A DNA stretch of 64,000 nt, from assembly GCA_951406725.2 (NCBI GenBank), contig OX597818.1, forward strand, positions 27,218,001 to 27,282,000, given 5' to 3'. The notes under the pieces were generated by a model that worked only from the letters and a program-made list of their open reading frames with translations, had not been told where the DNA came from and made no database searches. Source of the stretch: Octopus vulgaris. Lineage: Eukaryota. Positions 22,915-34,501 of the stretch are shown here, in pieces. The translations under genes were made by a program, and so were the position numbers. Numbering within the stretch: the first letter of the stretch is position 1; every line of letters starts with the position of its first letter.

Positions 22915-24495
22915 ACACTTCATATCGTTATGTAGATGCATCAGGACCTCTCTATTTAAGTGGTGCCATGAAACTGACAGTTTCTGTGTGTTCTTGAATG
23001 GCTAACAAACATCTATGCTGCAATTGTTTTTGTTTCAGCACACAATCTCAGACCAAGTCACTTGCTATGCAAGTACATCTCCGTAATTTTCTAAAATCAC
23101 AGTGGATAAATGCCAACAATGACCTTCTCAGGCTCTCCAATATTTCAATTTCTAAACAGAAACAATCAGGGTCAGGGTTGCAAAAAATTCATAATTTCTC
23201 AAATTTTCTTTTTTATAGCACATAAATGTATTTATGGGGGAAAATATTGAAAAGCACCAATACATGTGAGAGTGATAAAGAAACAAGGAGGGTTGTTATT
23301 GGATATGCTAGAAATAACAACCAAATCGCTCACTTTTCCCTGTGAAAATATTAACAATTAAAAAAATTTTTTTTACCGAAAATGTTCTTCCCATGGTTTT
23401 GAAGTGGGAAAAAATTGGCCAAAATAGGTTCGGAATGGGATGATGAGGGAGGAGGTGTAAAAAAGTGTTTACAAAACTTTTTTCATTCAAAGATGCCCTC
23501 CTCCTCCACCATCATTTCAAAGGCTGTGGTTTTAAAAAATAAGGAAATTCCCTGAAAACATTTTCCCTACAAATTTCTTTATAATCATAATCTATACCAT
23601 TTGAAAGAGATTTGTATAAATTTTCATTAAAAGATATCCATCTTCCTGAAAGTTATGAGGGAAAAAAGTCAGATTGTGCAAATTTTCCAAAACTCCTTTC
23701 TCCACCCTCTCAGAAAAATTCTTTCTCATAAATCCCTATATACTAAGAAAATTTTGTTAAAAAGTATCCATTTTTCTGGCTGTCATGAGGCAACATCTGT
23801 AGTAATGCTCTTTTATATATACGATTTTTTCATTTCATGTTTATTTTATTCATTGTTTGCAATGTTCTCTCTCCCCACTCTCTCTCTCATACATACACAC
23901 TGCAAAGCTTACAGAAGGGCTGCTGAACTGAAATCTCTATGTTGCTTTGAGAGGTAGGTAAAAATTGACAAACTATTTCTCCCGGTGTTGTTGGACAACT
24001 GTGATGTTTGTTTAAAAAAGAGAGATTATGACTGTGATAAAATAAGGAAAGCAGTTCTTACTAAGCAAGTGAGCATTATTATACAAAGAAATAATTAGAT
24101 GTAAGATATAAAAATTATTAGAATTGGGAATCAAATGCTAGAGGAGCTAGCAAAAAGCTGCCTGGAGGGTGGTCTGAGTATTAGCTAATACTTTGCATGT
24201 TCCACGTCCTTGTATTGTTGTTTTTTTCTTGTTGTGTTTGTTCTTCATTTTTTAAAATTTACTATATATATATACACACATACAAACATGTATATAAATA
24301 CATAGTGAAACTAATAGAAATGAAACTAATATATATATATATATATATAAAATAAATATAAGAGAGTGGTCACTATATGGCTCACTCTAGCACCAGTTAA
24401 TCCAAAAGGTTTCAACCACAAAAATACATGTTTCCCATGAAAGTCAGTACGATTGTTAGCTCACACGGACAGGGCAAATAAAAAATAACAAAATA

Positions 24496-24591
24496 CAGAT
24501 TATTTTGGGACAATTGTTTCGCTATTAATGAATTAAATGTAATTTTACTTACAATAAAATCCACTTGTAGCTCTTCAGCCAAAACTATCTG
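24496..24591 (-). ncRNA. Type I hammerhead ribozyme (copy 1)
   Basis: Reverse complement of 25221-25316. Confidence 0.88.
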
Positions 24592-25220
24592 GATGAAATC
24601 CACTCAATCACACGCCAGATTTTACCATAACGATAAATACGCGTGTGGTTCAATTGATTACATCCGACGTTATAATTCAAATGCCCCAACTAACAGCGCG
24701 CCAAACTTTCACGGAAAACAAATACAGCATTTAGAAATAAATGCAGCATAATTATAATTAATTAATAAGGGTGAGAGAATTAGATACTAATTTAATAGTA
24801 TATCTATTCTACACCAAGTGGCCTAGTGCTCCGACTTTCATGGGAAACATGTATTTTTGTGGTTGAAACCTTTTGGATTAACTGGTGCTAGAGTGAGCCA
24901 TATAGTGACCACTCTCTTATATTTATTTTGTAAAAATATTATAATATATTATAAAATATTATAATAATCCAGGTTTCTCGGAGCACTAGGCCACTTGGTG
25001 TAGAATAGATATACTATTAAATTAGTATCTAATTCTCTCACCCTTATTAATTAATTATAATTATGCTGCATTTATTTCTAAATGCTGTATTTGTTTTCCG
25101 TGAAAGTTTGGCGCGCTGTTAGTTGGGGCATTTGAATTATAACGTCGGATGTAATCAATTGAACCACACGCGTATTTATCGTTATGGTAAAATCTGGCGT
25201 GTGATTGAGTGGATTTCATC

Positions 25221-25316
25221 CAGATAGTTTTGGCTGAAGAGCTACAAGTGGATTTTATTGTAAGTAAAATTACATTTAATTCATTAATAGCGAAACAATT
25301 GTCCCAAAATAATCTG
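25221..25316 (+). ncRNA. Type I hammerhead ribozyme (copy 2), predicted cleavage after C25303
   Basis: CAGATAGTTTTGG-CTGAAGA-GCTA..43 nt..TAGC-GAAAC-AATT-GTC-CCAAAATAATCTG. Intact CUGANGA/GAAA/GUC core and 13-position stem I (1 mismatch). Confidence 0.9.
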
Positions 25317-25754
25317 TATTTTGTTATTTTTTATTTGCCCTGTCCGTGTGAGCTAACAATCGTACTGACTTTCATGGGAAACATGTATTTTTGTGGTTGA
25401 AACCTTTTGGATTAACTGGTGCTAGAGTGAGCCATATAGTGACCACTCTCTTATATTTATTTTGTAAAAATATTATAATATATTATAAAATATTATAATA
25501 ATCCAGGTTTCTCGGAGCACTAGGCCACTTGGTGTAGAATAGATATACTATTAAATTAGTATCTAATTCTCTCACCCTTATTAATTAATTATAATTATGC
25601 TGCATTTATTTCTAAATGCTGTATTTGTTTTCCGTGAAAGTTTGGCGCGCTGTTAGTTGGGGCATTTGAATTATAACGTCGGATGTAATCAATTGAACCA
25701 CACGCGTATTTATCGTTATGGTAAAATCTGGCGTGTGATTGAGTGGATTTCATC

Positions 25755-25850
25755 CAGATAGTTTTGGCTGAAGAGCTACAAGTGGATTTTATTGTAAGTA
25801 AAATTACATTTAATTCATTAATAGCGAAACAATTGTCCCAAAATAATCTG
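25755..25850 (+). ncRNA. Type I hammerhead ribozyme (copy 3), predicted cleavage after C25837
   Basis: Identical to copy 2, 534 bp downstream. Confidence 0.9.
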
Positions 25851-26217
25851 TATTTTGTTATTTTTTATTTGCCCTGTCCGTGTGAGCTAACAATCGTACT
25901 GACTTTCATGGGAAACATGTATTTTTGTGGTTGAAACCTTTTGGATTAACTGGTGCTAGAGTGAGCCATATAGTGACCACTCTCTTATATTTATTTTGTA
26001 AAAATATTATAATATATTATAAAATATTATAATAATCCAGGTTTCTCGGAGCACTAGGCCACTTGGTGTAGAATAGATATACTATTAAATTAGTATCTAA
26101 TTCTCTCACCCTTATTAATTAATTATATATATATATATATACACACACACACATAGTGAATGTATTAATAGTGAAATTATTAAAACTGAAAGTATTATCT
26201 CACATTACAATAGAGAT

Positions 26218-26897
26218 AGTTAGTTAGTTAGTTAGTTAATTTGGCTCAAAAGCAAATAGCAAGGCCATGTAGGGGGACATGGAGTTAAGTACAGGGTGGT
26301 GTTCATGTAAAGAGTTCAGGCCACTTGAGGTCCAGGGAGGCTTTGAACAAAGCGGTCGTCGGCATCTTCACCATCTCGTCTGGCAGCTTGTTCCACGGAT
26401 CCGCAATCCGGACGGAGAAAGCTCCTCTCCTTCGATTGAGATGAAATCGTCGCAGGTAGAGCTTTTCGGAATGACCCCGCAGCCGACGCTCCGGAGCAGG
26501 AGTGAAGAACAGCTCTTTCGAGAGGTTGCACTTCCCGCTTATGATGTTGTGGGCGAGAATAAGATCACCACGGCGGCGGCGTTTTTCAAGAGAATAAAGG
26601 TCGAGCGTCCTCAGCCTTTCTTCGTAGGACAAATTTTTGAGACCATGAACCATGTGGGTAGCCAGCCTCTGGACTCTTTCGAGATGCTGTATGTCTTTGA
26701 GGAGATAAGGAGAAGAGGCTTGAATCCCATACTCCAATATGGGTCTCACCAGCGTGACATAGAGTGGCAGGAATATGGCTGCTGTGAGCATTCCGAATGA
26801 CCGTCGAATCAAAAACAGAATTCCGCGCGCTTTGTTGGCAGCATGGACGCACTGGGCCGAAGGCGAAAAGGAGGAATCCACCAAGATACCCGACATG
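26218..26897 (-). mobile_element. Young 5'-truncated CR1-type LINE with (TAAC)n tail
   Basis: Uninterrupted ORF 26303-26896 (LYVTLVRPILEY, LERVQRLAT, SYEERL..L.LYSLEKRR.RGDLI, RLRGH, WNKLP). CpG-rich. (GTTA)n at 26218-26239 on the plus strand. Confidence 0.92.
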
Positions 26898-28619
26898 TAC
26901 TACTGCAATAGTGTAAGAGATAAGAGATTGCTCTAGGCTTGCATTAGGCAAGAAGTTGAACATTTTTTGGCCCATGACACTGCATTGACCGTAAGGCATG
27001 TGTAAAATTTGAATGATATCAGTTGGGTAGTTCTTGAGTTTTAATGATGCACACATACAGACACACAGACAGACACACATTCTCAATTTTATATACATAA
27101 ATAGTTTAAAAAGAGCATTAATGGCATCAAGTTCACCATTACCAGAGAGCCTGCAATGATCTTAGGCACTGTCCCTTTTTCCAGACTGAGCAAGTAAACA
27201 ATTTCAACAATTTGTGAAGAAAAACACCTTCACTTCCAATTTTACTTTCATGGGACAGCAGACAGAAAGACAGCGAGGAAGGCATTCCAATTTCTTTTTA
27301 TCTTTTGCTATCTTTTTATACTTCTGCAACTTTTTTTGGGGTCTATAATTGAAGATTTAAAGTAACAAGACAACAAACAAGACAATACAGGATAAGACAG
27401 GAAATAAGAAACAGTGTATGATGAAACCAGCTGATTAAGAGGTGTAAACATGACTGAATATAAATAAGCAGGATACCTACATTATCAAAAAGTAAGTCAA
27501 CAGGTGTGTAAAGGGAGCATGGATGATGAGTGGCAATAAGGAGAGGGAGTGTACCAAATAAACATGAACAAAGAAAAAAATATTAGGAGAAATGCAATGA
27601 AGCATGACATGACTACATAAATAAAGAACAGCTGCTTAAGTCAAAAAATATTTTAACAAGAAGACAACAGCAGGTAATTTGGTACTCCTGTGATATCACA
27701 TCAGAGTCAACAAATTGCTTTCTATAGCCTCATTATCATAAAATCTTTATTATAATAAAACATACAATGAAGATATCAATTTCATCATCATCATTAAATT
27801 CGTGGTTGTCATCATCATCATCTTGGTTGTCATCCATCACTATTATAATTTCGCATCCGTTTTCCAATCTAGCATGGATTGGCTGCTTTGACAGGAATCA
27901 ACAAGCCAGTGAAGTGTCATTCTCCAATATCTACCTTAGCATGATTTCTATGGTTGGATATCCTTTCTAACACCAATCATTTCCCCCTTTCTTTTCTATT
28001 ACCCACTCCTATTTTATCTTTTCTTCACATACCACATTACCCACCCATGTATAACATAGAATAGAATTGCATCTCTTCCTACTCAATCCTCACTGCAACT
28101 TTACCATCCTCTAACACTTGCTAACTCACTGATACTATTTTTCATTTTCTGTCCTATTACTTTCTTTCCTAATACTGTTTCTGTTAGCCTTTCCTCTACC
28201 ACCCTCTTCAACAATAATCCCATATAACTCCAATATGAATTGCCTTTTACCCTAACATAGAAGACAGATGGATCTACCCAATCACTAGGTCCACTTTCCC
28301 CTCTTCTCTATCCTATCCCAATTCTGTTCCCTCTGTTATTCTTTCCATTAATATCTTCTCACAATAAAATTGTTTTATTCATCATGAATGCTTTCTTTTG
28401 CATTACAAACTGAAAGGTACCATAATAGTGCCCAGAACACAGGGTTTACAAGGGCTCTTTTGTCATGTTGACAGCAAGGCAACCTCTATAGTGCTGGTGC
28501 CATGAAAAAAAAAGCATTCAGTTGGTATTAGGAAGGGCATCTAGCCATAGACAACATGCCAAAAATGAGACACTGGGGCAAGATGTGGTCATCTGAACTG
28601 CTAAATCCTGTCAAACTAC

Positions 28620-29953
28620 CCTACCCTCGTTCCAGGAATATCTCATTTAATACTTTCACGATTTCCTCTGCAGTCCCCGTCTTCATCTCCCTCCATATGG
28701 CTAACTGCCCTGGTCCGCAGTCAACCATTGAGAGGTATGTCCCCTGCCGGTAGTGTGTTATGTCCACCGCCAGTCGTTTCCAGTCATGGTCCACTGGAAT
28801 ACTTCCCACCTCATGTACGCCCGGAGCAGGGTCGATGGACTGGCACCTGTCACAGCTGCTAACCACTCTCTGCACGCTCTGTCTTGTTACGTCGGAGTCA
28901 ACTTTCCTGGCTAGGAACAACGTCCTGTCCACCTCCATGTGATGCATGGTATGCAATCTCCTCAACTCCGAGTCACTCAGACGGCATACTGCAGCCACAG
29001 CCTGCTCCGCATCCTCTGGCACCTGCAATCAGGCTTGCTTTACCCTGATCAGGATGTCTGCCCTGTTCTTCTCAGAAGGCACAAAGATCACACTCAGCTT
29101 CAGATTGAACTCAGTGGTTTGTTCACGCAGTATCCCCAATCGATGCTTTACCAGCATCTCTGCAGCCCCCTTTGGTTCACACCCTCTGCTCATTGGTGAT
29201 GACTGCTGTCACCCAGCAAAGTACAGTGGCTGAATCAGTCCTGATTTCTATGATGTGCAACCCCCACTTTAAGGCTAGGTTCACTCCCTTCAACACGGCA
29301 TCCAACTCCGCCACATTGATATGATTGCAGTCATCTATCTTCCTGAGCCAGGTTGCATCTTCCACCATGACACCTCCAACTTCCAAGACAACCCCTATTA
29401 TGATGCTACTGGCGTCACACCATACAATCCTGCTCTTTGATTTGGGAACATACCAACTGCCCCTCGCAGGATCCTCTGCTTTTACTCTGACCAAGACTTC
29501 CTGTATCATGTCGGTTGTCTTCTCCCCCACTCTATCGTTCCACTTCACTCCTTCGGCTTGTCTCTTGATGAAGCTACATGCTGTCCGGAGCCATCCTGCA
29601 ATTGGGTAGTGTCCCACCAGCTTCCCACACACTGAGAATAGTTCCCGTCTACTCATGCTGGCGCCCAGTTCGGGGATCTTGTTCCTTCGCCGGAACACCA
29701 ACGTGCCAGCCTTGTCTCTCCATAGCTTGAGGCCCAAGTGCAGCAACTCCCTCCATTGCCTTTGGTGGCTTTGCAGTCAGTCCAAAACTCTTTAGGTGGC
29801 CTATGACCTCCATTGCTGGCATTACGGTTTCATCCACCAGAATGTCATCAATGTACGAAATCGTGGCCTTTTTTACTCTGTCCACCTTTCCCAGGATGGC
29901 CTTTAGAATTGTTGCCATAATCTTTGGTGCTGAATTCAGCCCGAATCCCAACC
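28620..29953 (-). pseudogene. pol: Gypsy-type pol fragment (RT C-half, RNase H, integrase N-half)
   Basis: LGFGLNSAP..SYIDDILV (RT), VWCDASS..HINVAELDAV (RNase H), and H..HH..C..C plus LAVDITH (integrase), in three frameshifted ORFs. Confidence 0.92.
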
Positions 29954-30181
29954 GGACAACAACAGTAGGCAAGAAGATGAAGACAGCATCAGTAGACAAG
30001 ATGATGAAGCCAGCCGCAGCATGCCAGGAACTCAGGCCAGTCCTGGGGTTGCATGGCGACCACAGAGGGAGCGGCACCCTCCTCCCTGGTTGGCTGATTA
30101 TGAAACCAGTTAAGGTGTGAGTTTGGGAGCGAGGAGTTAGTGGGAAAGCCAGTTGAGTGATCTGTAGATCAGGGGGGCGCG
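29954..30181 (+). mobile_element. Integrase C-terminal tail and polypurine tract (plus strand) of the same element type
   Basis: DEDSISRQDDEA...RPQRERHPPPWLADYETS* parallels the tail at 7560-7669. GATCAGGGGGGCGCG parallels GATCAGGGTGGCG before the LTR at 7713. Confidence 0.7.
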
Positions 30182-30469
30182 TGTGGTGTTAGTACTGTTA
30201 TGGGCTGTGATGGAGCTATGTAGTGTTGGTGGAGGGGATTGCAGATGAGGTGGACAGAAGTAGGGCCTGCAGGAGCCTGTGACACAGGCACAGAGCATGC
30301 GTGGGCAGGAAGCATATGTGGTCAGTTCGAGCAGAGACGGCAGCGAGACAAGACATGTTCAATTCATGAGAGTGACTGCTGCAGTCCCTACTTCCGTCCA
30401 CCTCATCTGCAATCCTCTCCACCAACACCACATAGCTCCATCACAGCCCATAACACCACTAACACCACA
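30182..30469 (+). mobile_element. 3' LTR (288 bp) with 91-bp terminal inverted arms
   Basis: TGTGGTGTTAGT...ACTAACACCACA. 30182-30272 is nearly the reverse complement of 30379-30469. Preceded by a PPT. Confidence 0.8.
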
Positions 30470-30542
30470 GGTATCAAAGTGTTAGGCCAGGTTTTAGAAG
30501 TTATAGAAAGGGTTTTTGCAAAACTAATTAGGGACAGGATTA

Positions 30543-30725
30543 TGAGGTCTGGTCAATAAGTATCTGGACCTGTGACATAAAAACAAAACTACAATATGTA
30601 CCAATTTGGTATTTAATCTCCTTCTAAGTAGTTCCATTCGGAAGCCACACACTTAATCCAGTGCTGTTTCCATTAATGGAAGCATTCCTGGAACTTGTTT
30701 TCTAGGATAATCAGCTGCCACGATC
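30543..30725 (-). mobile_element. Mariner 3' end fragment
   Basis: TA|TGAGGTCTGGTCAATAAG TIR-like end. Minus strand FQECFH*WKQHWIKCVASEWNYLEGD matches a mariner C-terminus. Confidence 0.7.
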
Positions 30726-30877
30726 TCTTTAGAGCAAAAAATTAAATTGTGGGGAGGGGTTAAATTTAATTCTTTTTTGCATGTTTGTAATCTCCGACAT
30801 CTAAAACATAGGAATCCGAAAATTTCTTTTCAAAAAAATGCATTTTTCAAGGAGAGGTGCGAAACTGCATTAGTCCC

Positions 30878-30916
30878 TCTATCTATCTATCTATCTACCT
30901 ACCCATCTATCTACCC

Positions 30917-30965
<49 letters not shown>

Positions 30966-31012
30966 CCTATCTATCTATCTATCTATCTACCTACCCATCT
31001 ATCTATCTATCT
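30878..31012. repeat. (CTAT)n microsatellite
   Basis: Seen directly. Confidence 0.95.
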
Positions 31013-31055
31013 ACCTCTTAGACCGTGCTTCTTCTTCGGATTTGTTTTCTACAAA

Positions 31056-31110
<55 letters not shown>

Positions 31111-31329
31111 GCACAGATACAAACAAATATATGTGTGTGTGTGTATATATGTTTAATTTGGTTCCATGTTTTCGCGTATGTGCGTGTAAGTGAATTTAAT
31201 TTCATCCTGCTTTTCGTATATACCCCCACACCACACCATTGTGTAGTTACTTAGCAAAAAAAAAAAATCTATTAAAATACGAGTAATGTAATAAATGTAT
31301 CCTAGGTATGTTATTTATATAAAAATATG

Positions 31330-31476
31330 AACTTCATCAGCTGGGAATGATGTCAGCCAATCAGAAAAGGCGTAGTGTCAGTTTTTCGCCTGCGAAGTAG
31401 AGGTAACATCAAAGAAGTTCCACGCGGCAGTTTGTCATTTATCTTCAAACAGGAGCTCCCATTTGTGAAGGTTAGT
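31330..31476 (+). promoter_or_regulatory. Putative host-gene promoter and non-coding first exon
   Basis: AGCCAATCAG CCAAT box at 31355-31364 with TGATGTCA just upstream, in non-repetitive CpG-retaining DNA (~30.7-32.9 kb). Splice donor AAG|GTTAGT at 31470/31471. Confidence 0.5.
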
Positions 31477-33113
31477 TTGTACATTTTAAAAAAAATTATA
31501 CTTTTGAAGAATTTTTTCATTACTTTTTAAAAAATTAACAAACGTTTACAGTAATTATCGAATTCTCAACTAATATTATTCAAGCCGAATCCGTTTTATG
31601 TTTTCTTGTTTATCGGATCACGCCTCCTGTATCCTGCTGGTCACTTTAAATTGTAAATATAAATGGTTCCATTTCTCTTTTTTTTTGGCATCTGAAATTA
31701 TGTTAGGCATAAATCACATGTGAGACATTGTCAAATTCCAGAGATATAATTTGGGACTTAAGCTATCCGTTTACCGTGTCGAATATATTTTTCTTTATTG
31801 TAACAACATCGTTCATGTTTACAATGTTAGCAACTGGATAACGATTTCAATAAAAAACAAAGCAAAAACTAGGAAAGGATGACCTCTCGTACTTATTCTG
31901 GTTTTCTTCCCTCTGAAAACAGCAACAACAAAAAACGAATGTTTTTTTAAACATTTTATGAATGTTTAATTACGTTTTAGAAAATGTCTTACGAAATTTT
32001 GTTATAATCCCCCCAAATCTTCCTGCTGTCTTCAATTCACTGTAAAGAGGACCACAGAAAATATTTAGGTTGGAAAATTAGATAACGATTTGTTTATCCT
32101 ATTTTATTCCATTTTAATATCCTTTTCCTGTGTATTATTTTCATAACATATGGCAAAACTGTAATATCTGGCTTTGTTTCTGTTAAACGATTGCTTTCTC
32201 AAAATAAATTTATTACAGTCTAAAATCGTGCTCCTTCAATATAGGTTCATTTCATATAAAGTCTCTCTCCTTTTGTTTTTTTAAATTTAAAAAGATGACC
32301 AAGTTGTTAGTAATTTGAATAATTTTAAAGGAGTTAGAATTTTATATTTATTTGAACTTTCACTTTTGTCATTTCGAAATATTTATTACTGCAAGACACA
32401 GTAACAGATCCTTTGAGTAATTCTATATTATTATTATTTTTTTTGATTTTATATGAAAGAGACAAAATTAGCATTTGAATGTGTTTGGAAAATTTACTCT
32501 GGTAGTAAAAGGTGCAGTTAAAGTTTGAAAATTTTCTTTGCTTGATTAAAATAAATTACAAAGAAAACGAAGCAAACATTAAAAAGCGATTAATTCCATG
32601 TTTACCTTTTAGATACAATAACATCGTCTAAGGTTCGAGACTACTAACCACAATATCAACATTTCAAATTTGTGATAAACCTATAAAGTGCAGCTCACCG
32701 TTGTCTGCTTTGTTGAAAACAGGTGTCAGTTCTGAAAGGAGCGGCGCCCACTTGTTAATTTATATTCAGATATCTAACTTAAAAACACGAAGTGGTGAAC
32801 TTACTATAGGGCTCTGTCACTACCACTGCAATATTTAGCTTGGTGAGCTGCGGAGATAGCAAAATATTTCGATAATGAACTGGTAGATACTTCGGTTGCA
32901 CTGTCAATCAAACTAATCAGAGTATCTACAGTGTTGTCTGGTTTAATTTTTTTGGAAAAGAGAGAAAAGGAAATCTTTCCGAATTCTTATTTCTGTATTT
33001 AGTTCTCAATATAATAAAGAATGACTGCTTTATGTATACATTATTATTGAAGGGCAAAATGACCTGGCATTTTTGTAAAAGTTATTTTTCTTTCTTCCAA
33101 TTTTATACTTTAA

Positions 33114-33333
33114 CCCTTTAGCATTCAGATTACCCTGTCAAATGTAATTCTTAATTATTTCCATGGCTTGAATTAAATTAGGCCTTATCTCATAGCCTTC
33201 AGATTTTGATGATGTGATTGTTTAATTTTAGAATGACATTGTAGGGTAGCTGTGAAAGGCCAAATCTGACCAGTTTGAATATAAAAGAAGTAGAATATTT
33301 GGGCTGGATATAGCCAGTTTAAATGCTAAAGGG
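33114..33333. mobile_element. piggyBac-type MITE (220 bp)
   Basis: TTAA|CCCTTTAGCATT ... AATGCTAAAGGG|TTAA. Confidence 0.85.
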
Positions 33334-33600
33334 TTAATGGTTGATTCTGTAAAACAAATTGTAGGCATTAATAAGATACTACAGAAATCCAGTCTTGTAT
33401 TGTACAGAAAATGTTTTAAAAGCTAGGTATTGGTAAATGATGCATTCTCTAAGTTTGTATCACCTCTCACATATGAATTTCAAAGTTCCTATAAACTGAA
33501 ATAGCTGAAATGTTACTATATGACCCTGATATTATATGATTGAGTAAAAAGTCATATGCTTAATTAGACTAAAATTCATTGTCTTAAATCCCAAAGAAAT

Positions 33601-34501
33601 TGTAGTGAAACCACCATATATAAAGGAGTTGGTGACAGAAATGTCTCCTTTTAAACTTTGTATGATTGCCCCTACAGAAGAATATAGCCAAATACATGGT
33701 ATAAAGAATAAATGCCAAAAGGAATAAGAAAGATGACACAACCGTTCTACTGTCTGAGTGAAAGACTTTTATTTACAGGCATGTACAATAATAGTGTGTG
33801 TATGGGTGCTAGCAGAGTGGAGAGTTTGAGTGCGTGCGACAAGTGTTTGTGTTCGTGTGAACGTTACAAGAGTGAACATAAGTGTATGCATGTGAGACAG
33901 AATACAATACAGAGCATAGAATAAGTCTCTCAGGATATTTATGACAAGATGGAGTTAATTTACCAGTTTGTAATAAGGTTACACAATAGTTGTAGTCCTG
34001 TACAAGAAGTTGAGGTCATGAGGCAGAACCGGTTACTACACGTGTTGTGTAGAGGTTGTGGCTATTATGTCATGCTGGGTTACTTGATACAGAAATTCTT
34101 GCAGGTAGTTTTGGACTGTTAACCTTGGTGAAGTAGTCACAGACAGTGGGTGAATGTTGTGTAGGTATCGTTGAAGTCGACGGTGGAGAACAGTCCTGAG
34201 TTGCTGCATGTTGTCTGTCGCTGGAACTGGAACTGGCTGAGTTGCTCTGTGGTCAGAGGTTAGTCCTGAGAAGGACTAGAACCAAAGACCAAGATATTGT
34301 GAATGCTGGGGCCTTTTATAACATGCTAGAGGCTCCAGAAGAAAATCCAAAAGAGCGTGTTACGTGATCTTATTGGAAGGTTCTGACTGGTTGGTTTCTA
34401 CATTGGCACAAAATAAATCAAGAGACAAACTACGCCAATGCCAACCAATCAGAGCAGTGGACACAACAGCAGCCAAAAGTTAACTGTTATCTGCTACGAC
34501 A
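33601..34501 (-). mobile_element. Possible solo LTR
   Basis: Minus strand starts TGTCGTAG, with TATAAAA (~34315) and AATAAA (~33770) in LTR order. The left boundary and TSD are uncertain. Confidence 0.3.

Larger units (their letters stand above)
24349..26127. mobile_element. 534-bp hammerhead-containing array (retrozyme or Penelope pLTR-like): inverted 486-bp copy plus ~2.4 direct units
   Basis: Minus copy at 24349-24834 and plus tandem at 24833-26127 with period 534. Copies are identical by eye. Both outer ends abut (TA)n. Confidence 0.9.

Noticed and set aside
25209-25400. Three identical 63-aa ORFs (MDFIQIVLAEELQ...) at 24412, 25209 and 25743
   Set aside because: They start at GTG, overlap the hammerhead and recur only because the unit is repeated. 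No protein motif.
24833-26127. CRISPR-like or prokaryotic repeat array
   Set aside because: The units are 534 bp and identical, with no unique spacers or cas genes, and the context is eukaryotic.
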